This document shows, piece by piece, positions 60,530 through 64,000 of a DNA stretch of 64,000 nt. The DNA comes from Paragordius varius (Eukaryota > Animalia > Nematomorpha). Position numbers and translations under genes: made by a program. Under the pieces are notes generated by a model that worked only from the letters and a program-made list of their open reading frames with translations, was not told the origin of the DNA and did no database searches. Position 1 is the stretch's first letter, and every line of letters starts with the position of its first letter. The stretch lies in assembly GCA_964247055.1 (NCBI GenBank), contig OZ176050.1, forward strand, positions 2,170,001 through 2,234,000, in the 5' to 3' direction.

Positions 60530-63500
60530 ATGGAAAATCCCGGAGATACATCATTTAGTAATGCACAAAATCCTCTAATCGAATAATTCTTGAACCATTT
60601 GACGAATGTTACAATTTCAAAAATTATGTCAAGCACATAGAAAGGGTACTAGCGGCCAGGGATATTCCTGTCACGGATTCCAATATAAAAAAATTATTTT
60701 TTACTTTCGGTGGTATTAAAATTTTGAACAAAATTGAAAATATTCTATATCCTGATACCATCGAAGATTTGGAATGGCTGGAAATCTATAAAATTGCAGT
60801 TCAAATCTATGCCCCAGACAAAAGTCTATGGGTGAATAGATGTGCATTTTATCGTATTCGTCGTGGTGATAATGAATCTATTCTTTCGTATTTAGAACGT
60901 TTGAAAATTTTGGCCGACAATTCTGGATTTGATTCGGACATTTCTAACAAAATCAGGGATATATTTTTGATTGGATTAAATCAACCCAGATTAGAAAGAG
61001 AACTCCACATAAAATATCCGCTCGGTAAGTTAGATGACAAACCACTGACACTACAAATGTTGGTCGATATGGCTTTAAGTTTTGAGGAAGCCGATAATCT
61101 TCCCTCGCAAATCAATAAGCTTAAAGTGGATAGATCCAGAAATGTAAAACCTCATGGAAGTTTTAACAAGGGCCATTATAACAATAATAATTATAAAAAC
61201 AATAAGAATAATGATGTCCGGCATAATAATGATACTAAAGTAAATTGCCGAAATTGTGGATCACTGCATGTGAGAAACAAGTGTCCGGCTTGGGGCAAAA
61301 CGTGCTACAATTGCAACAAAAATAACCACTTTAGTTCAATGTGCAAAATAAAGTTGGTGAGAAATTTAGATGAAATTAGATCTATAAAAGCGGGCACTAC
61401 CCCTAAAATAAAAGTGAAGATCAACAATAATATGATAGATATGATTTTCGATACCGGTGCTGACTGCTGTCTCATAAGTCAACAAATATGGAAGCAGATC
61501 GGTAGCCCTAAGTTAACGTGGTCCGATCAAATAACCACGTATGATAATAATAAAATAACAATCTTAGGGAAAACTATGGTCACTGTGACGTTGTACAATG
61601 AAAAGAAAACGTTACCATGTATCGTAACTAAAAGCAATTTTGATCCAATTTTTGGATTACCTTGGATAAAGTACAAGCTACCTTTTCCAAAAAATGTAAA
61701 CAATAATATAAATTCTAATGAGAAGATGAAGCTGACCAAAATATTTCCAAAACTATTCTCAAAGGAACTTGGTTGTTACAACGGCAATCCGATCAAAATT
61801 TTTTTGACACCGGATGCAAAACCAAAAGCTTTTCCATGCCGTAGAGTTCCTCTACCATTGCAACAATTGGAAGAAAATGAATTGAATAGATTGTTAGATT
61901 TGGGAATTATAGAACCAATAGACCCAACAACAACTGAGATATCTTGGGCAACCCCAACGGTCAACGTGTTAAAATCCAATGGGGAGGCTCGTATCTGCGC
62001 CGATTTTCGTGTCACAATCAATCCTTATCTATCAAAAGATTCTCATATCATTCCGACATTTGATCAATTATTGGGTAAAATCGGAAATGGACATTCATTT
62101 TCAGTTTTGGATCTCAAGGATGCCTACTTACAACTACCGGTTGATAAAGAATGCTCTAATATTCTGACAATTACAACACACAGAGGTTACTTTACGTATA
62201 AACGATTACCTTTCGGGCTCACAAATGCTCCAATGATATTTCAACGAGTTATGGATCAAATTCTGGATGATTGCACAGGCGTTTGTGCTTATCTGGATGA
62301 TGTTCTGGTAACCGGCAATACACACACTCAACACAAAGCAAATCTTGAGCATGTGTTGGAGAAACTTGAACAGGCCGGATTCCGTTTGCAACCAGATAAA
62401 ATGAAATTCTTCCAGGAAAAAGTATCCTACATGGGATACGAAATATCTAAAAGAGGTATTAAGCCAACGGATGAAAAAATCAAGGCTATTTTGAAATGTT
62501 TTGTTCCAAAGGACAAAACAACATTACGGTCCTTTTTAGGACTATTAAACTTTCATGAAAAATTTATTCCAAGATTACATTCAGTCATAAGTGATCTGCA
62601 CACTTTAACTGGATACAAAATGCCATGGAAATGGGAGAATATTCATGATAAACAATTTGCACTGTCAAAACAACTAATAGCAAATTTTGTAACTGATTCT
62701 GTACAATCCGCAATTGCCATTATTGATTGAGACCGATGCTTCAAACGAAGGTTTGGGTGCCATCCTTTTCCATGTAACCGAAGATGGCAAGCGGCCAATC
62801 TCTTTCGCATCCAGGAAATGTTTATTTAAAACATTATTCGACGATCGAAAGAGAGGCCAAGGCGATTTTGTTCGCGGTAAACAAATTTCACCCTTTCATA
62901 TATGGGAGATCTTTTAAAATATTGACTGATCATAAACCACTGATTAAATTATTTGGGGAAGACCGGAACTTAACCGGAGTCACTAATATAAAATTATTAC
63001 GTTGGATTTCAAAATATCGGGGTATGATTATACCATTCATTTCAATAAAGGGGTTCAAAATTTAGCTGATCCCCTATCAAGATTAGCAATTGACGATCCT
63101 GAAATGGATGATGATCATGCTGTAGCTGAAAAAATTCGGTTCTTATCTATGAACGATTTGAACATTAATAAAAAAATGTATTAGATCAGTCCAATAATGA
63201 CCCGGTGATAAAAAAATTAAAAATTGCATTAAATTCCAACAATTGGGATGATCCAGATCTAAAAAATTATCAATCACATCGCAACGCTATCCAAGCATCG
63301 TATAATTTAGTTTATTTCGAGGATAGACTCATTGTTCCTAGATCCATGCAAAATGAAGTCCTAAACTACTTTCACACTGGACACCCAGGGATAAGTACCA
63401 TGAAGTCCCTTGCGCGCCACAGTGTATATTGGCCAGACTTGGACCAAAGTATTGAATTGCTTGCGAAGACATGTGACTCATGTCAAAGATACAAGCCCAA

Positions 63501-64000
63501 TGTCCAGGAAAATCCAACATACAAATGGAATTTCAACACCGCCGTCTGGGAAAGAATACACATAGATATTGCTGGTCCCATTGATAATTTCTACTGGCTG
63601 GTAACAATTGACAGCTCGTCCAGATGGCTGGAAGTTAATTTATTGAAACAAGTTAGGAGCAGGTCTGTTTTAAATTGCTTAGAACAATTGTTTTCGAGAT
63701 ATGGTTTTCCTAAAATGATAGTAAGTGATAATGCATCGTATTTTGTATCGCACGATTTTGATGAACGGCTAAACACTTAAACATCAAACATGTTACGTCG
63801 AGTCCGTATCACCCACGAACGAATGGGTTGGTAGAAAGATCTATTTACACATTGAAAACTAAATATAAAGCTACGAAGAGGGCTGACATCTCTCCGCAAG
63901 AAGCAATGAATACCATTTTGTGGAGCTATCGGCAAGCAATTCATAGTGCAACGAGAGCAACACCGTGCTCATTATTCCTAAAAAGAGAATTGTTAGGTCC
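60530..64000 (+). mobile_element. Decayed Ty3/Gypsy LTR retrotransposon, Mag clade, single gag-pol frame; truncated by the window edge
   Basis: Twin zinc knuckles CRNCGSLH...CPAWGKTCYNCNKNNHFSSMC, protease FDTGA, RT LDLKDAYLQ...RLPFG...YLDD, RNase H ETDAS...TDHKPL, integrase H...GHPG...C..CQ, RIHIDIAGP, VSDNA and PYHPRTNGLVER, in PR-RT-RH-IN order. Frameshifts or stops near 60585, 62715, 62830, 63000, 63180 and 63775. Confidence 0.97.

Overview
Very AT-rich eukaryotic (animal) genomic DNA read with the standard genetic code. It is not prokaryotic, and there is no CRISPR array, rRNA or tRNA gene that I can support. I can build 12 spliced protein-coding genes by joining ORF fragments across GT-AG introns. 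In order: threonine synthase-like 2 (3' part), a secreted EGF+DOMON protein with a long Ser/Thr-rich tail, POT1, GCN5/KAT2, a heme peroxidase, a GH56 hyaluronidase, a chondroitin synthase-like GalNAc transferase, an SRPK kinase, a 98-aa secreted LDLa-motif protein, PSMD12/RPN5, an allatostatin-A-type neuropeptide precursor and importin-alpha. Many introns are only 22-40 nt; all seven PSMD12 introns are 22-29 nt. Mobile DNA comprises two decayed Mos1-like mariners, a hAT-type MITE family, a self-nested TTAA-bounded MITE, two related foldback-like elements with 21-bp internal repeats, another long inverted-repeat element, and a decayed Mag-clade Ty3/Gypsy element running off the right edge. Tiny introns, low GC and an annelid-style AstA peptide suggest a genome-reduced spiralian parasite such as the orthonectid Intoshia; this is inference only. 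All homology calls come from recalled motifs, not database searches.
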